In this document: positions 1 through 13,953 of the stretch, piece after piece | How the letters are laid out: each line of letters begins with the position of its first letter | How positions within the stretch are numbered: the stretch's first letter is position 1 | Notes under the pieces: generated by a model | What the model saw: only the letters and a program-made list of their open reading frames with translations | Database searches by the model: none | Told to the model about the DNA's origin: nothing | From: Octopus sinensis | Lineage: Eukaryota | Length of the DNA stretch: 64,000 bases | Direction of reading: 5' to 3' | NCBI RefSeq assembly: GCF_006345805.1 | Contig: NC_043001.1 | Span: forward strand, 79,732,001 to 79,796,000 | Translations under genes and position numbers: made by a program

Positions 1-165
1 CAGTGTTTGAACCAATTCAAAGACAAACATAAATCTTACAACAAATGTTTGAAAGCTTGAATTGACTCTTATTAGTCCTGAGAAAAACAGCATAAACACT
101 TGTACCACCAACCCACCGAACACATGGAGGAACTGTCTTTTCATTGATTTCATATATAGCATCAT
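1..165 (-). CDS. Possible first coding exon of a secreted or membrane protein (runs off the window edge)
   Basis: Manual translation, open to position 1: MMLYMKSMKRQFLHVFGGLVVQVFMLFFSGLIRVNSSFQTFVVRFMFVFELVQTL. Basic N-region followed by a hydrophobic stretch, in non-repetitive DNA; possible donor GTAAGA at 39-34. No homology recognised. Confidence 0.2.
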   Translation of the reverse strand, partial: MMLYMKSMKRQFLHVFGGLVVQVFMLFFSGLIRVNSSFQTFVVRFMFVFELVQTL

Positions 166-372
166 CCAAAACAATTTCTAATCGATGAGTCAAACTGAGT
201 CAAAGGCTGCCAAAATATAATGCCAGCAAAGTGAATTAATATTGAAGCAACGGCAGGTTTTCGTCAAAGGCTTGTATTCACTCTGTCAGAAAGAAATCCG
301 ATCCAAATTTTCTTTAAATTATCTGTGTGAAACCTTTGCATCATTTAACGTTCGTCGTGACACATTATAAAT

Positions 373-387
373 ATTTCTGCTGCTGCT

Positions 388-418
<31 letters not shown>

Positions 419-640
419 TGCCACTTCTGCTGTTACTTTTTAATTCTACAAAATCAAGAATGATTGTCAGGGAACAATTATCTAATTCACATTTTCGAAA
501 CATTACGAGCAGTAAAAAGTACAAAAAAAATAAAGAAATTAATGGAAGCTTGATCCCCAACATCATCATCATCGTCATCGTCATCGTCATCATCGTCATC
601 ATCATCGTCATCATCGTCATCATCATCAATAATAATAATA
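373..640. repeat. (CTG)n and (CAT/CGT)n trinucleotide tracts
   Basis: Directly visible at about 378-420 and 561-640. Confidence 0.95.
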
Positions 641-699
641 GTGTGTACAGATAGAAAGTTCAAGAGCGGAGCAAAGGTAGAGAAATAGAGAAACAGAAA

Positions 700-799
700 A
701 CAGACATATAGACAGCCCGACAGACCGACAGACAGGCAGATAGATAGATACACAAACAGATAGACAGGCAGGCAGAGAGAGACACGCAGTCACACAGAC

Positions 800-835
<36 letters not shown>

Positions 836-886
836 GGATAAATAAATAGATAGATAGATAGACAGACAAACAGACAGACAAACTGT

Positions 887-946
<60 letters not shown>

Positions 947-971
947 CAGATAGATAGACAGACAGATAGAC

Positions 972-1052
<81 letters not shown>
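700..1052. repeat. (GATA)n/(GACA)n microsatellite
   Basis: Directly visible. Similar GATA, TA, CA and TATG tracts recur throughout the window and are not all listed. Confidence 0.97.
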
Positions 1053-1053
<1 letters not shown>

Positions 1054-2682
1054 AGTTGTTCCTTTCCGCTAATTTTTTTGTGAAATTTTCATTTCTCGTT
1101 CATTCGATAATATGGTTTGTAGCGAGATTCACAAAAAGTGAATGCAAATAATTTTCCTAAATTTATTTTGATCTGAATTTGGAATTCTCCTTCATCCTTC
1201 ATGTTTGAAAACACTCGCTCTCTTTTTAGGAAGTTCCACATTAATTCAAAAATCATACTAGTTAATTCAATATCCTTTTCATTAACTTTATCAAAATTGG
1301 TGACGATAGTCTTTATTAATTTACTTTATTTACAACGTTTGTTTGAGATCTTGATTCAAAATGTGATTTTTTTTTTCTTTCGTGGGTAGCGAAATGGAGG
1401 TTGCTTAAGGTTTCTCTTGAATATGTATTCAGTGATATTGAATCGTCTTTTACTGTTCCGGAGAAAAGCGTAAAACTATTATTTTAAACTATGATGCACA
1501 TATTCCTTTTTAATATATTCCAACGGATTCGAACTTAAATATAATTTCTCCTTTCGGAAAAGTGCTCACATCTTACTCGAATTATTGAGCTAAAAGTTAC
1601 TCGTGACTCCAATATTGTGACTTGGTCGAATGTACACCGGATCAGGAATTTTTTTTCTTTTGTTTTGCAAAAATCAGTAAGATAATGATTTGCTGGTGCA
1701 TGTTGATAGCTACTAAGCCACTAAAAAAACCGTCACGTGCACTAAGAACAGCGAAAAACAAAGCAATAATACACGTATACATTCTGAATATGTTTCGGCA
1801 GATTCCAAAGCGTTATTTTGAACGCTAGCAGAAAACCTCCTGGGAGAGTATTTTGCTAGTCTCTAAATGTTTTTTCCGTGTGTAGTTCCTATTTTGTGTA
1901 ATTCTTTCTGATTGTAAACATGTAATTTTCTTTTGCATTTTTTATTAGACTAAGAATACTCAAACATCGAATAAATTTATAATACCTGCCACCCAAATAC
2001 AAGGTTAGAATTTATGAAGAAATAGGGTATTAACCTCGTAAAAGTTTCTAGTTTATAGTCTTCAGCAAGTTTAAAGAAAGGATACCGGACCCAGCATAGT
2101 TTGGTTGATGCTGGATTACACTTATAGTCTGATGAAATATATTTACTGCTATGTTTGTAGGAAATAGCGTCGCAAATATTGGAGTAACTTTTATCCTTCC
2201 AGAAGTATTAATCAGAGCCATTGCAGAAAAAAATGCTATCTCGTAGAATCATTCCATACTGATGTCGCAGTTAGTAAAAATTAGATTTTGCTTGAATCAT
2301 AAAGTTGAAATATTTAATAAAAGAAAAATCTTCGTAATTGGAATTTATAAGAATTTTCTGAATAGTAGACTTAAATATTTGCACCTTTATTATGATATAG
2401 AAACTCAACTATGTGTTAATTTTAAAATAAGAACAAGCAAGTTTTCTACTTTAAATATCCATACATTCCTGCTTATTTAGAACATATGAAGGTCCAGATG
2501 GAATTCCAAACATCGAGTAATAGATAAACATTTTCAGAACCATGAAAACATCCTATTCTAACTAAAAGCTCATTTTGAATTATTTCGCCATTTGCTATGA
2601 TTAGAATATTTCAAACTTTGAATGTGTCACATATTTGACACATGGTAAAATATATGTATGTATGTATATATTAATGTATGTA

Positions 2683-2908
2683 TTACTCTTTACTCTCTCT
2701 TTTACTTTGTTTCAGTCATTTGACTGCGGCCATGCTGGAGCACAGCCTTTAATCGAGCAACTCGACCCCGGGACTTATTCTTTTGTAAGCCCAGTACTTA
2801 TTCTATCGGTCTCTTTTGCCGAACCGCTAAGTAACGGGGACATAAACACACCAGCATTGGTTGTCAAGCAATGCTAGGGGGACAAACATAGACACACAAA
2901 CACACACA

Positions 2909-2951
<43 letters not shown>

Positions 2952-3125
2952 TATATATATACGACGGGCTTCTTTCAGTTTCCGTCTACCAAATCCACTC
3001 ACAAGGCTTTGGTCGGCCCGAGGTTATAGTAGAAGACTCTTGCCCAAAGTGCCACGCAGTGGGATTGAACCCAGAACCATGTGGCTGGTAAACAAGCTAC
3101 TTACCACACAGCCACTCCTGCGCCT
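2683..3125 (-). mobile_element. tRNA-derived SINE with internal microsatellite (family A), full length
   Basis: Minus-strand head GGCGCAGGAGTGGCTGTGTGGTAAG (A box) and GGGTTCAATCCC (B box), internal (TA)/(CA) tract, tail AAATGACTGAAACAAAGTAAAAGAG. Homologous to copies at 43769 and 51922. Confidence 0.9.
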
Positions 3126-3989
3126 GTATGTATGTATGTATGTATGTATGTATTTATGTGTACGTACGTACGTATCTATGTATGTATGCAGGTAGGTAAG
3201 TATGTAGGTAGGTAGGTAGGTAGGTAGGTAGGTAGGTAGGTAGGTAGGTAGGTAGGTAGTAGGTACTCCTTTATTTATTCCTTTTCTCAGCTTCTGAAGC
3301 ATTTTCATGTATCTACAGAAAGGCAATACCTTTTACTCCTTCTATCTTTCCTTGAGCGTGAAACTATTAACATAGACTGTAAGCCTCAAAATTCCAATAA
3401 CATAGTCACATGCCACAAATTTCCGGTCATAGGTTTGTTCAGAAAATCAAATCCAGTAGTGAACTGATACTTTATTCAATTGACTCCGTAAAGATAACGA
3501 GCAAAATTCTCAAATTACCTTCGATGGGAACTTTGCTCTAAACGTAATAAGTCGTTTTCGAAATATCACAAGGCGTTTTGTCCAAACTTACAGCGTTTCT
3601 GCTAGACCACACTCTGGCTGCCTACTTAATATCTGATCTTTATTTCCTTTAGATCCTAAAGAATCCTTGAAGCTCTTTCTCGTTCGTCCCATGCTCTTAG
3701 CATTGCTTGCAAATATAGCAAAATTCGAACAGTGGTGCCGAATAGAATGTAGATTAAAATGTAGATTATAATGTAGATTAGAATGTAGATGAAACTTAGT
3801 CTGAGACCTGAACACAATTCTTCTAGTTAGCATAGTCTTCTAATTTTAATATCATATGTTTCTCAGTTCTGTCTTATAAATCAATGTAGGCTATCGGTCT
3901 AGTTTCCTCGGATACTATTTAATTACATTTTAAAACAAAATGCAAAATAATAGTAAATCAAAACGAAACACATTTTTATTGTGAAGAAT

Positions 3990-3994
3990 TATTA

Positions 3995-4058
<64 letters not shown>

Positions 4059-4085
4059 CATTATTATTATTATCATTATTATTAT
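3990..4085. repeat. (ATT)n microsatellite
   Basis: Directly visible. Confidence 0.97.
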
Positions 4086-4455
4086 ATTGGACCGTCTAAG
4101 CAATAGTCCGAAGGTTATTTGAGTATCTCAAATCGCTGTTGATAATTTTTTATAACCGTTGTTTATTTTTCTTTCGATTTCTTTATTAAAATATTGAATA
4201 ATTAGGAAGTCGTCTTCCTACATTCAGTAGTTTCAGAGATATGGACCGAGGAAACAAGCGTTAATATGACGTAGAGATATCAACTCATCTTGGCTTCGAT
4301 AAAGACTAGGATACAAGACGTTGTGGCACAGCTGTTGTGACGCTTCTTATCAGGTGTCGCTGATTCGACGCCCAATTATTCGACATCAGTTGTTTTAATC
4401 TCTCTGGCTTTAACATTCCTACTGTTCTTTCTCTCTCTCTTTTCTTCTCCCCACA

Positions 4456-4486
<31 letters not shown>

Positions 4487-5459
4487 CTCTCTTTCTATCT
4501 ATGTGCATGAGTATATGTTTTCTATGTGCTTCAGGTGAGATAAATTGTTTATGCCAGTTGTGTTCAATTAATAAATTGCAATTTCTCTTAGTATATCTCT
4601 GCGTGCGTGTTCATGTGTCTGCACATCTGTGTGTGTATGCGTGTATGAGTGCGCACACGTGTGTTTGTGTATGAGTGTGTTTGCGAGAGAGAGAAAGAGA
4701 GAGTCTGAGTGGGTGTTTGCCTCCAGAGCGAAAAAGTACTATCACCAAAACTAGTTGAATATCTCGTCAGCCGTGCCAAATCTTCAGCTTTGAAACAGTC
4801 GCATTCAGTCCTCTCATTCTGAAAAAAACTCTATAGTTTACAGTATCACAAGTTAACACAAAGTTAGTCTCCCAATTATAAGGTAGCGATTTCGATCCCA
4901 TTTCAACACGTCTTCCGCAACTGTATTTTGCCATATCTTGAGCTAAAAATATTTTGTAAAGAATCTAACTGGATGAACTCATCCAATAATTCAAGCGCCA
5001 ACATTGTCTCACACTGTATCAGAGAGACAATCCATGAGGATGACTTAAAAGATGCACTTTTTACCGAATACTCTGCCGCTTAATCACTAACCCAAATAGC
5101 TAATCCAAATAAGCGGTTTACTAGGATATTCGTCGCAGAAAGCGATGTAGGATCCATGCCGTGTCAATTATATGTACGACACCAGTAGTATGAGTAATAA
5201 TTAAGCTTCATTATTTGTACTTAATTTCATCACGAATAAAACAATGTAAAAATAAAAACACTAATAAAACAATGTAAAATTAAAAAGTTATTCTTTAAAA
5301 TTATGTATGTTTAAGCACGAACATTTTCACATACTACAAATCAATTATTAACAATTAACTACAAGAAAAAGATGGACGTCACTTAATTTTAAAATATTTA
5401 AAGCAGATTTTAAAAAAGTATTAACTGAGCGTGGTATTGCTCGAGAAATGTAAATGGTA

Positions 5460-5670
5460 GAGTAATCCCTCTCCATATCACCTACTGCAGTTCACCTATC
5501 GTAGTTTATTGTCTAAGCTTACTTCAATTCCTCTGTTGTGTTGTTTTGCATTTATGAATTATAAAAATAATTAAAAAAATATACGGTACAATACTGTTTC
5601 TACTTCACGAATTTTCACCTGTCGCAGTAGGGTTTTAGAACGTAACACTCACGATAGTGGAGGGATTACA
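5460..5670. mobile_element. Decayed MITE, possibly pogo/Tigger-type
   Basis: Imperfect terminal inverted repeat GTAATCCCTCTCCATATC ... GATAGTGGAGGGATTAC. Confidence 0.45.
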
Positions 5671-5972
5671 ATATTACCAAAGTCTCTCAAAATGGAATTA
5701 CAAATACAAGACGTTGTACTTTTATAATTTCGATGATCACATTATCTGAAATTAATTCCCTATTTCATATATATATATATCATATATATATGTATATATT
5801 ATGAGGCAATTCCTTCAGTTTCTTTGCTCGATACCCATATGGGTCCCATTTCCTTAAATCTTCCATCGAATTCAGATCTGGCTACTGCACTGGTCGATAC
5901 CAGGACACAAATTTTAGACACACACACGCAATCTCGGACTTTCATTTTCACGTTCTCACGCATATACACCCC

Positions 5973-6081
<109 letters not shown>

Positions 6082-6844
6082 GTATAATCTGTAAAATAAG
6101 AAACAGTTGCATGCATATGGCGAAGAAAAGTCTCTAAGGCAACTAGTTTCTTGACTGTCAAATGGAACGTTTAATCAAACAGTCGATTAGTTAATTGGTT
6201 AAATGATTAATTAGTTGACTGGTAATAATACAGAAAGTGAACTAGAATCAATACGTGTGTTATTTGTTGGTATAGTTACCCTCCCGAGATACATTAAACT
6301 CTGTTTATTTTTTATTTCTGCAGTGAACCTCTGATCATTGTCACGACGAAAATCCTCTCTCTAAGGCAGAATATTTCTAAATACGATGTAGGAAGCATGA
6401 TGTATTTGGTTTTATGTCGAGCCAGCATTCAGCATAAAGTTTTCTGTGTTTCCATTGATCAATACTGACTGCGCCCCTCCCTATCATAGTGTTTCTCGGG
6501 TTCAGTGTTATCGAACGCGATCAGAACAACCACCAGTTTCAATGCAGATGACGTCACACAGAGTCCAGCAGTCAGCGATCAATCCAACTCTAGCAGAATT
6601 CGTTTGATAGATTCATACATACAAACATACTTGAATAGTTTTCGATTGCGTATCTGAAGATAATTTTATTTATTTTAACTGTTGAAAAAGATAACTTAAT
6701 AAGATATCAAATAGTTATAGAATGTTTGTATCACTGAGCTGGATTATAATATTAGATAATACAATTAAAATGCCTTTTTTTATGCAAAAATCTTTTTCGA
6801 TTCAATGAAGCTCATTGTTTAAGCTTACTTAATATTGATTTCAT

Positions 6845-7044
6845 ATTTTGGCACAAGGCCAGCAATTTCAGGGGAGGTGGGTAAGTTGATTACATCGACT
6901 CTAGTATTCAACCAGTCCTTCGACACCGAAGGGGTGAAAGAGAAAGTCGATCTTAGCCTGGTATTAACTTTGACCTTGCAGACGGACGAAATATCTCAAA
7001 GCATTTTGTCCGGCATTCTAACTATTCTGCTGTTTCAGTGCCTT
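6845..7044 (-). mobile_element. Degenerate SINE (family B)
   Basis: Diverged match to the 49668-49892 copy (GGCACAAGGCC...CCGAAGGGGTGAAAGAGAAAGTCGA...GACGAAAT...AAGCATTTTGTCCGGC). Confidence 0.7.
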
Positions 7045-7396
7045 ATACCTCAGAATATTGGTAATCGTTGCAGTAGAGTAACTACAGTTTCTGGTTTTCG
7101 AACTTACATTATAATGTAAATTCAAATAATTATTTAAAAGATTAAAACTTCTTTTCTTTGTAGTGTTTGGGTTTCGTTCAAATATACTCATACAAGCCAA
7201 TTAAAAATCACACTCTAATCTCAATATACACAAGAAGTACCCATATAAACATGCACATACGCAACACACACAAACACACACTCACTCACGTCGCTCGCGC
7301 ACACCCACCCACACATACATATATGTATATATAATATATACCAATAAATACGTGTATATTTACGTATATATTGTGTATGTATATATATATTATATA

Positions 7397-7439
<43 letters not shown>

Positions 7440-7658
7440 ATAGATATATTATATATATATTATATATTATATATATCTATATATATAATAACCCACAAAT
7501 ATATCTATAAATATGTGTGCATGTGCATTTATGTCGGTATATTCAATATATATTCATGTATGTATACATATCTATACATGCATAATATTTGATATATATA
7601 TATATATGTTTATTTATATAAAAATCTATATATACATAAAAAGGATATCCAGAGGTAA

Positions 7659-7745
7659 TACAGTACGATCGTTTCGTGCAACTCCATTTAACTGAACATT
7701 GCAATCATTACATCAATTTCAAATGCAGAACAATCCTCAGCTGCA
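7659..7745 (-). ncRNA. Type I hammerhead ribozyme motif (long helix II)
   Basis: Minus strand: UGCAG-CUGAGGA-58 nt-GAAA-CGAUCG-UA-CUGUA. Core intact; base of helix II imperfect. Confidence 0.65.
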
Positions 7746-8080
7746 CAAAGACATAGAATTTGATTAAATTAGAACAGATGGACACATTAGTATAATTATA
7801 CCTAAAATCTCCAAGACGTTGAGGAGATAGACAAAGAACATGTTGTCTTTACATCAACATAGCAGCTACAAAATTATCAAGAAGAATCTGCCTGTATCTG
7901 ATTTTATTTATTTATATGTGTTCAGTTTATTTTAGAGACTATTTTATTTAATCCTTCTAGTAACTTCTATGCTGAGGTAGAGACTACAGGTTCTTTGTCT
8001 ATCTCCGTAACTTGCAGATTTTAGGTATAACTATACTAATGTGTCCACCTGTTCTAATTTAATTAAATTCTCTGACTTTG

Positions 8081-8167
8081 TGCAGCTGAGGATTGCTCTG
8101 CATTTGAAATTGATGTAATGATTTCAGTGTTCAATTAAATGGAGTTGTATGAAACGATCGTACTGCA
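8081..8167 (+). ncRNA. Type I hammerhead ribozyme motif (long helix II)
   Basis: UGCAG-CUGAGGA-58 nt stem-loop-GAAA-CGAUCG-UA-CUGCA. 5-bp helix I, palindromic helix III (ACGAUCGU), predicted cut after A8162. Confidence 0.7.
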
Positions 8168-8515
8168 TTACATCTGGATATCCTTGTAGATTAATTTGAT
8201 TATAATCACCTTACTTCGAAATTGTATGGATTATACGGTACTAAATTTTGGTGCCTCAACTTAAGTACCATATTCATCTGAATATATATATATATATATA
8301 TAGGCAGAATTATAAGTATTATGCATATAAACCAAAACATTAGCTGACGTATAATATCTAAAATGAATGGTATGATTGATAGGTGTAAAGCACACTAAAT
8401 TTATATATATATACGTACATACATATAACATATATTTATATAGAAATATGTGTGTGCATATATATCTGCACAAATATATATATATATATTGCACTATCAA
8501 TATATACATATATGT

Positions 8516-8553
<38 letters not shown>

Positions 8554-8594
8554 GTGTATGTGTGTGTGTGTGTATACATATATAAAGATATACA

Positions 8595-8630
<36 letters not shown>

Positions 8631-8865
8631 TGTATTGATAGTGCAATGAAACAATAGAGGGAAATAGAAAAAGACATAGAAGAGAAGTAGAATTAATCAA
8701 GCTGCTTATCCAATTCTAATACCAATTCCATCCTCATTCCAGCGAACAACACAATCTTCCACTTCTCTCTTACACTTCCCCGCTATTTTTGGATCCTCCC
8801 AAAACAGCCATTGCCCTCAATCTCTTTCACTTTTCCATTGTATCTCACTTGCTCTCCTATGCCTT

Positions 8866-8980
8866 TTCTCTCTCTCTTAATCTCTCTGTCCTCATGTGCG
8901 TCCTCTCTCTCTCGTCATCTCTCTCCTATCTCTCTTCTCTCTCTTCCTCTCTATCTCTCTCTCTTCTTCTCTCTATCTCT

Positions 8981-9034
<54 letters not shown>

Positions 9035-9190
9035 CCTCTCTCTCTCTCTCTCTCTCCTCTCTCCTCTCTCTCTCCTCTCTATTCTCCTCTCTCTCATATT
9101 TCTCTCTCTCTCTCACATTCTCCCTCTCTCTTCTCTCTCTCGTCTCTCTCTCTCTCTCTATCAGCTCTCTACTATCTCTGGCCTCTCTTT
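8866..9190. repeat. (CT)n polypyrimidine tract
   Basis: Directly visible. Confidence 0.95.
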
Positions 9191-10451
9191 TGCTCCCTCC
9201 AAAACATTAGTCATAGCTACTAAACGGTTTCGTTGGACTTTTTCCCTTCTTGACATTTCAGAATTCTTTATGGCAGAACTGCCTTAGTATGAATATCTGT
9301 GTGTGAGAGTTTACACACACACACACACAACACACACACATATACACACACACTCACACATATATACACCACTCACACACTCACACGCACACACGCACAC
9401 ACATTTGTACATGTGTGTTTATATATATATATATACATACAGATATAAATGTGAGTGTGTCTATGTATGTGTGTATGTACATGCAGCAACTCACACAAAG
9501 ACATATATATATATATAATATATACATATACGTTGGAGTCAGTGTGTGTGTGTGTGTGTGTGCGTGTGTGTGTGAGTGTGTGTCTGTGTGAGTGTGTAGT
9601 CTGCGTTGTGTGTTGAAGTGTGTCTAGATTTCTGTTAGTAAGAGTGTGTCAATGAATAGAGTTCTCTAAAGAATGGTAGTGCCTCTGTTTACATAGAGTT
9701 GTTATTGCTGTTTTTGCGTATGTGTGTCAGCGTTATTGTTGATATCTGGATGCATTTATGTATGTGTATATGTTTGTGTGGGCGTATGTGCCTGTGGCCG
9801 TGTGTACGATTTTGTGTGTATGCGTTTGTGTGTGTTTGTACGTGAGAATACGTGAATACTTCTTATATGCATGTGTATCTGCACATATATGTCTGCTCAT
9901 ATAAATCTGAGTATGTATGTAAGAACGGTTGCAGGAGTTAGAGATACTTTTGTGCACATATATGCATGTGTGTAAGCATGAATGTATGTATGTGTGTAAA
10001 TATGTCTGTTAGTGTGTCTCTATGTATGTTCATATGTATGTATGTGTATGTGTGTATGTATGTATGGATGGATGGATGTGTGTATGTATGTACGTATGTA
10101 TGTATGCACTTATTCCGTGGCATCGTTAGGTTTAAGAACGTGTTTGCATATGGGAAAGATATGCATTGGAATGGAGAATGTCTGTGAGTCTGAAGGTTCT
10201 ATTGTATATAGTTTAACATATGCCTGAGTGTATATATAGGGAGTGAATATTTATGCAAGTTATGAGTATACGCATGTATCTATATATGTGTTTGTGTGTG
10301 GCTATGAATACATGACTTCACGTAAATATGTATTTGCTTATATATAAAAATTGATGCATGTTTGTACATATATGCGCATGTGCTTTTACTGATATGTTCT
10401 CTTTTTAATCATATATATAAGTATCGAATATAAACATGTATGCGTATACCG

Positions 10452-10516
<65 letters not shown>

Positions 10517-10899
10517 TTATCATATATATATATATAATCTATATAATATTATATATATATATATATATATATGTATTATGTAATTATTTATATATTTATA
10601 CACACATATATACATATGCATATATATTATATATATTCATATTTATGTATCTATATATTTATTTATACACACACATTTTCATATGTATGAGTGCATGTAT
10701 GCACACATACATACATACATGCATATATATATATATAAATACATATATATATATACATATGTGTGTATGCATGTTTGTGTATGAATGTTTGTTTGTTGTT
10801 TGTTGTTTGTTTAAATGTGCCTGCGTATGCGTGTTTACATATGTGTGTATGTTCTGACATTTCGTTCATCCAAAAATTCTCCCCATCCAGTTACCCTCA

Positions 10900-11945
10900 A
10901 ACTAGCAACAATGTGAAATGCAACAACATCAACAGCAACACCAAAAATAACAACAACAATAACCCCCCCAAAAAACGGGGAGGGCTAGCCACAATTACAA
11001 CAGCAGCATTAACTGCAGATGTAGTGGGTTAGGGTTAGGGTTAGGTTTATGTAGGTAGGATGGTAAACTGTGTTGTGGTTGAGGGTGCGGGTAGTTTAAC
11101 CACCACCAGAGAAATTAAGATAGCATGAGCAATAGCAACAGGCAAGATGGATATTATCATAACAAATGGCTATGATAACAGGAACAGCACCAGCACCAGC
11201 ACCAGCAGCAACAATAATAACAGCTGCTGCTGTTGCAGTAGTGAGAGCAACAATAACGAAAACAGCAACAACTGCAGAAACAAGAGGAATAAGAACGGTA
11301 ATATATCGACAAAAGATTAATAGCAGCAGCAGCAGCAGCAGCATCAACAATGGCGACAGTAACAAGAGCGGTGGTGGTGGTGGTGGTGGTGGTGGTGGTA
11401 AGAGCATCGACAGCAATAATGGCAGAAGAAGGAACAGCAAAGGGTAAAAACAGCCTCCAAAACAAATGAAAATAACTACGGAAGCAACAGCCGCAATAAA
11501 TGCAGCAGCAACAACAATGGCGCAAACATTAAGTGCACCGCCATTACGGCAGCTTTAGCCGCCGACACTGCTGCCGCCACCACCGCCGCTGTCGCCGCTA
11601 CTGCCACTGTTGTCATCGCATTCTCCGTTAAACCATTATCGCTACCACCATCGCCACCACCGTCAACGACATTGCGCCCCAACACCATCGCCATTCGGAT
11701 CATCACTCCCACCACCACCACCACCATCACCATCACCACCATCACCACCACTACCACCATCACCGCCACCACTACCACCACCACCACCACCACCACCACC
11801 ACCGCCATCACCACCATCACCACCACTACCACCATCACCACCACCACCGCCGCCACCACCACCACCACCACCACCACCACCACCATCACCACCACTAAAA
11901 CCACCTCCATGATCATCACCACCTACAGCAACAATAACAACATGC
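10900..11945. repeat. Compound trinucleotide low-complexity island (CAA, CAG, GGT, CCA)
   Basis: Directly visible; produces homopolymeric ORFs in several frames on both strands. Confidence 0.9.
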
Positions 11946-13899
11946 CAACGAACCATTTAAGCAAATATCAGAACCTTGAGTTGCTAGAAATTGTAGCCAA
12001 ATTCCTTCTCATCACACTCACACCCTGCCGTCCAAAAATGAAGAAATATGTATTACACAGTTGTGGAAAAAATATATCGCACTATATAATCGTGGACATA
12101 CAAATAAACGGGATGTTCACGCTTCGAATTCGTTTCATCATAGATCTGCTCATTTAGATCCTCGGCTGTTATATCAACAACGAGAAGCAACAATAATACC
12201 AACCATATTAATAAACTTATTCACACAGACATATCTACTCATACACCAATAAATATACACGGAAATATATATACGCATGCGCACATTTTCTTTAGTTTGC
12301 CTATCGATATCTGGTGGCAGCGATTACTCCGTTAATGACGAGAGCTTAGGAGGACTATGTTATTCCCATCCTGGACACACAAGCGCTAATGCAGGCGTGG
12401 TGATTGCTGTATTATGTGATGTTGTAATGGCGGTGATAATGGCGGAAATATTGGTGACATCTCTTCCAGTAAACTTGTGTTTTAATCTGGTTATCATGTA
12501 TTTATTTCCAGTAAACGAATCCCATCCCTATATAGTTGTTGTCATCGGTGGTAAATCTTCAGTTGGAATAAAACGTTTTGGCAATAGCCATTTTGACCTA
12601 GGTTATTTGGCTCAGCTGGTTCGACGCTGACCTATTTGACATCAGACATCCCAGTGTTTCTCTTGTTTATACCTACACGCCTTCTTTCTCTCTCTCCCTC
12701 TTATTCTTTCGGTTTATGTGTGTGAGCATATTTCTCTATACGTCTAGTGAGTGTGAAAGAGTTTATGTCAGTCTTGTTCAACTAATATTATAATTTGTAA
12801 TTTCTCATTCACTCTGTCTGTTTGTCTGTTACACACACACACACTCTCTCTCTCTCTCTCTCACCTACTCACTCACTCTTACTATCTGCATGTGCACATT
12901 TATGCGCGCATGCATGTGTTTACCTCCAACGCCACAATGTGTTATCGCCTAAATATTCAATCAACCACGCCAAATGCTGAAGTCGAAACATCTGCGCCCA
13001 ATCGTCTCCTTCCTTACAGTGCCTCTAATAACTTCGTCATCGCTGGTTACATATCTCCTAGTAAGGCTCTACTCTCTTCTGGTTATCCTCTCTATATGAA
13101 ACGCCTAAACCCAGTCCCTTGACAACTGATGTCTTCATGCGATTCCGTCAGTGACAGCATTTTCAAGATGCACGGCTCTTATTCTGCAATTTTTCAGAAT
13201 ACACATCATCTCATAGGGCTTCTTCGGGATCCCTCAAATAACACCCGGCCACCACAAAAATAAAAAAATCAACTTAAAACCAATATCTCATCAGGTGACC
13301 ATTTCCAGCGATTCGTCCAGTTTTATAGACAAACGTGATGTTCATGACTGGAAGGCCTTCCTTTAAGGTTCCTGTGACCAGGAATTGAGCAACAGTAGAA
13401 ACCAACCGTTGATCAAAGGTGTTCTAGCTACATAATCAAATCTTATATATAGGGCCCAATGCACATAATAAGGTCTTATTATCTAAAGTCTCATCGAATT
13501 CTAAACAAGCGTAAGATGTGAATTAAAAGAATATAGTCCTTACTTCTAGCAGATCGAGGGATCATGCGGAGGTTCCCTCATTGGTCTGCTAAATATGTAA
13601 AGATTTATATACAACACACACCCGCACACACACATATATATATGTATGTATATATATATATATGTATGTATATATTTATATATATATGTATGTGTGTGTG
13701 TGTGAGTGTGTGTGTATGTGTGTGTGTTTTATATATATACGGCAAATGAAAGACGGACGATAAAATATACGAGAATTTACTATTAATCACATCTAGCATC
13801 GATTCCTCATCGGTGGGGCATCAACAACTGGTTCAGGAGCATCAGGTGGTTCAGGTGTATCTCGTCGGGTAATAAATAAATACAATTCGGGAAAAATGC

Positions 13900-13946
<47 letters not shown>

Positions 13947-13953
13947 TAATATA

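Larger units (their letters stand above)
7641..8283 (+). mobile_element. Fold-back element family 1 (Penelope-like terminal derivative) with a hammerhead motif in each arm
   Basis: Diverged inverted arms about 7641-7870 and 7960-8185, spacer about 90 bp, single-copy tail 8186-8283, (TA)n on both sides. Confidence 0.8.

Noticed and set aside
6300-6560. Splice acceptor-like TTTATTTCTGCAG and CRE palindrome TGACGTCA (6549-6556)
   Set aside because: Short motifs expected by chance in 64 kb; no supporting ORF or transcript evidence.
11096-12157. Poly-Pro, poly-Gly and poly-Thr ORFs resembling extensin, formin or mucin
   Set aside because: Open in several frames on both strands because of trinucleotide repeats; no unique coding context or splice evidence.
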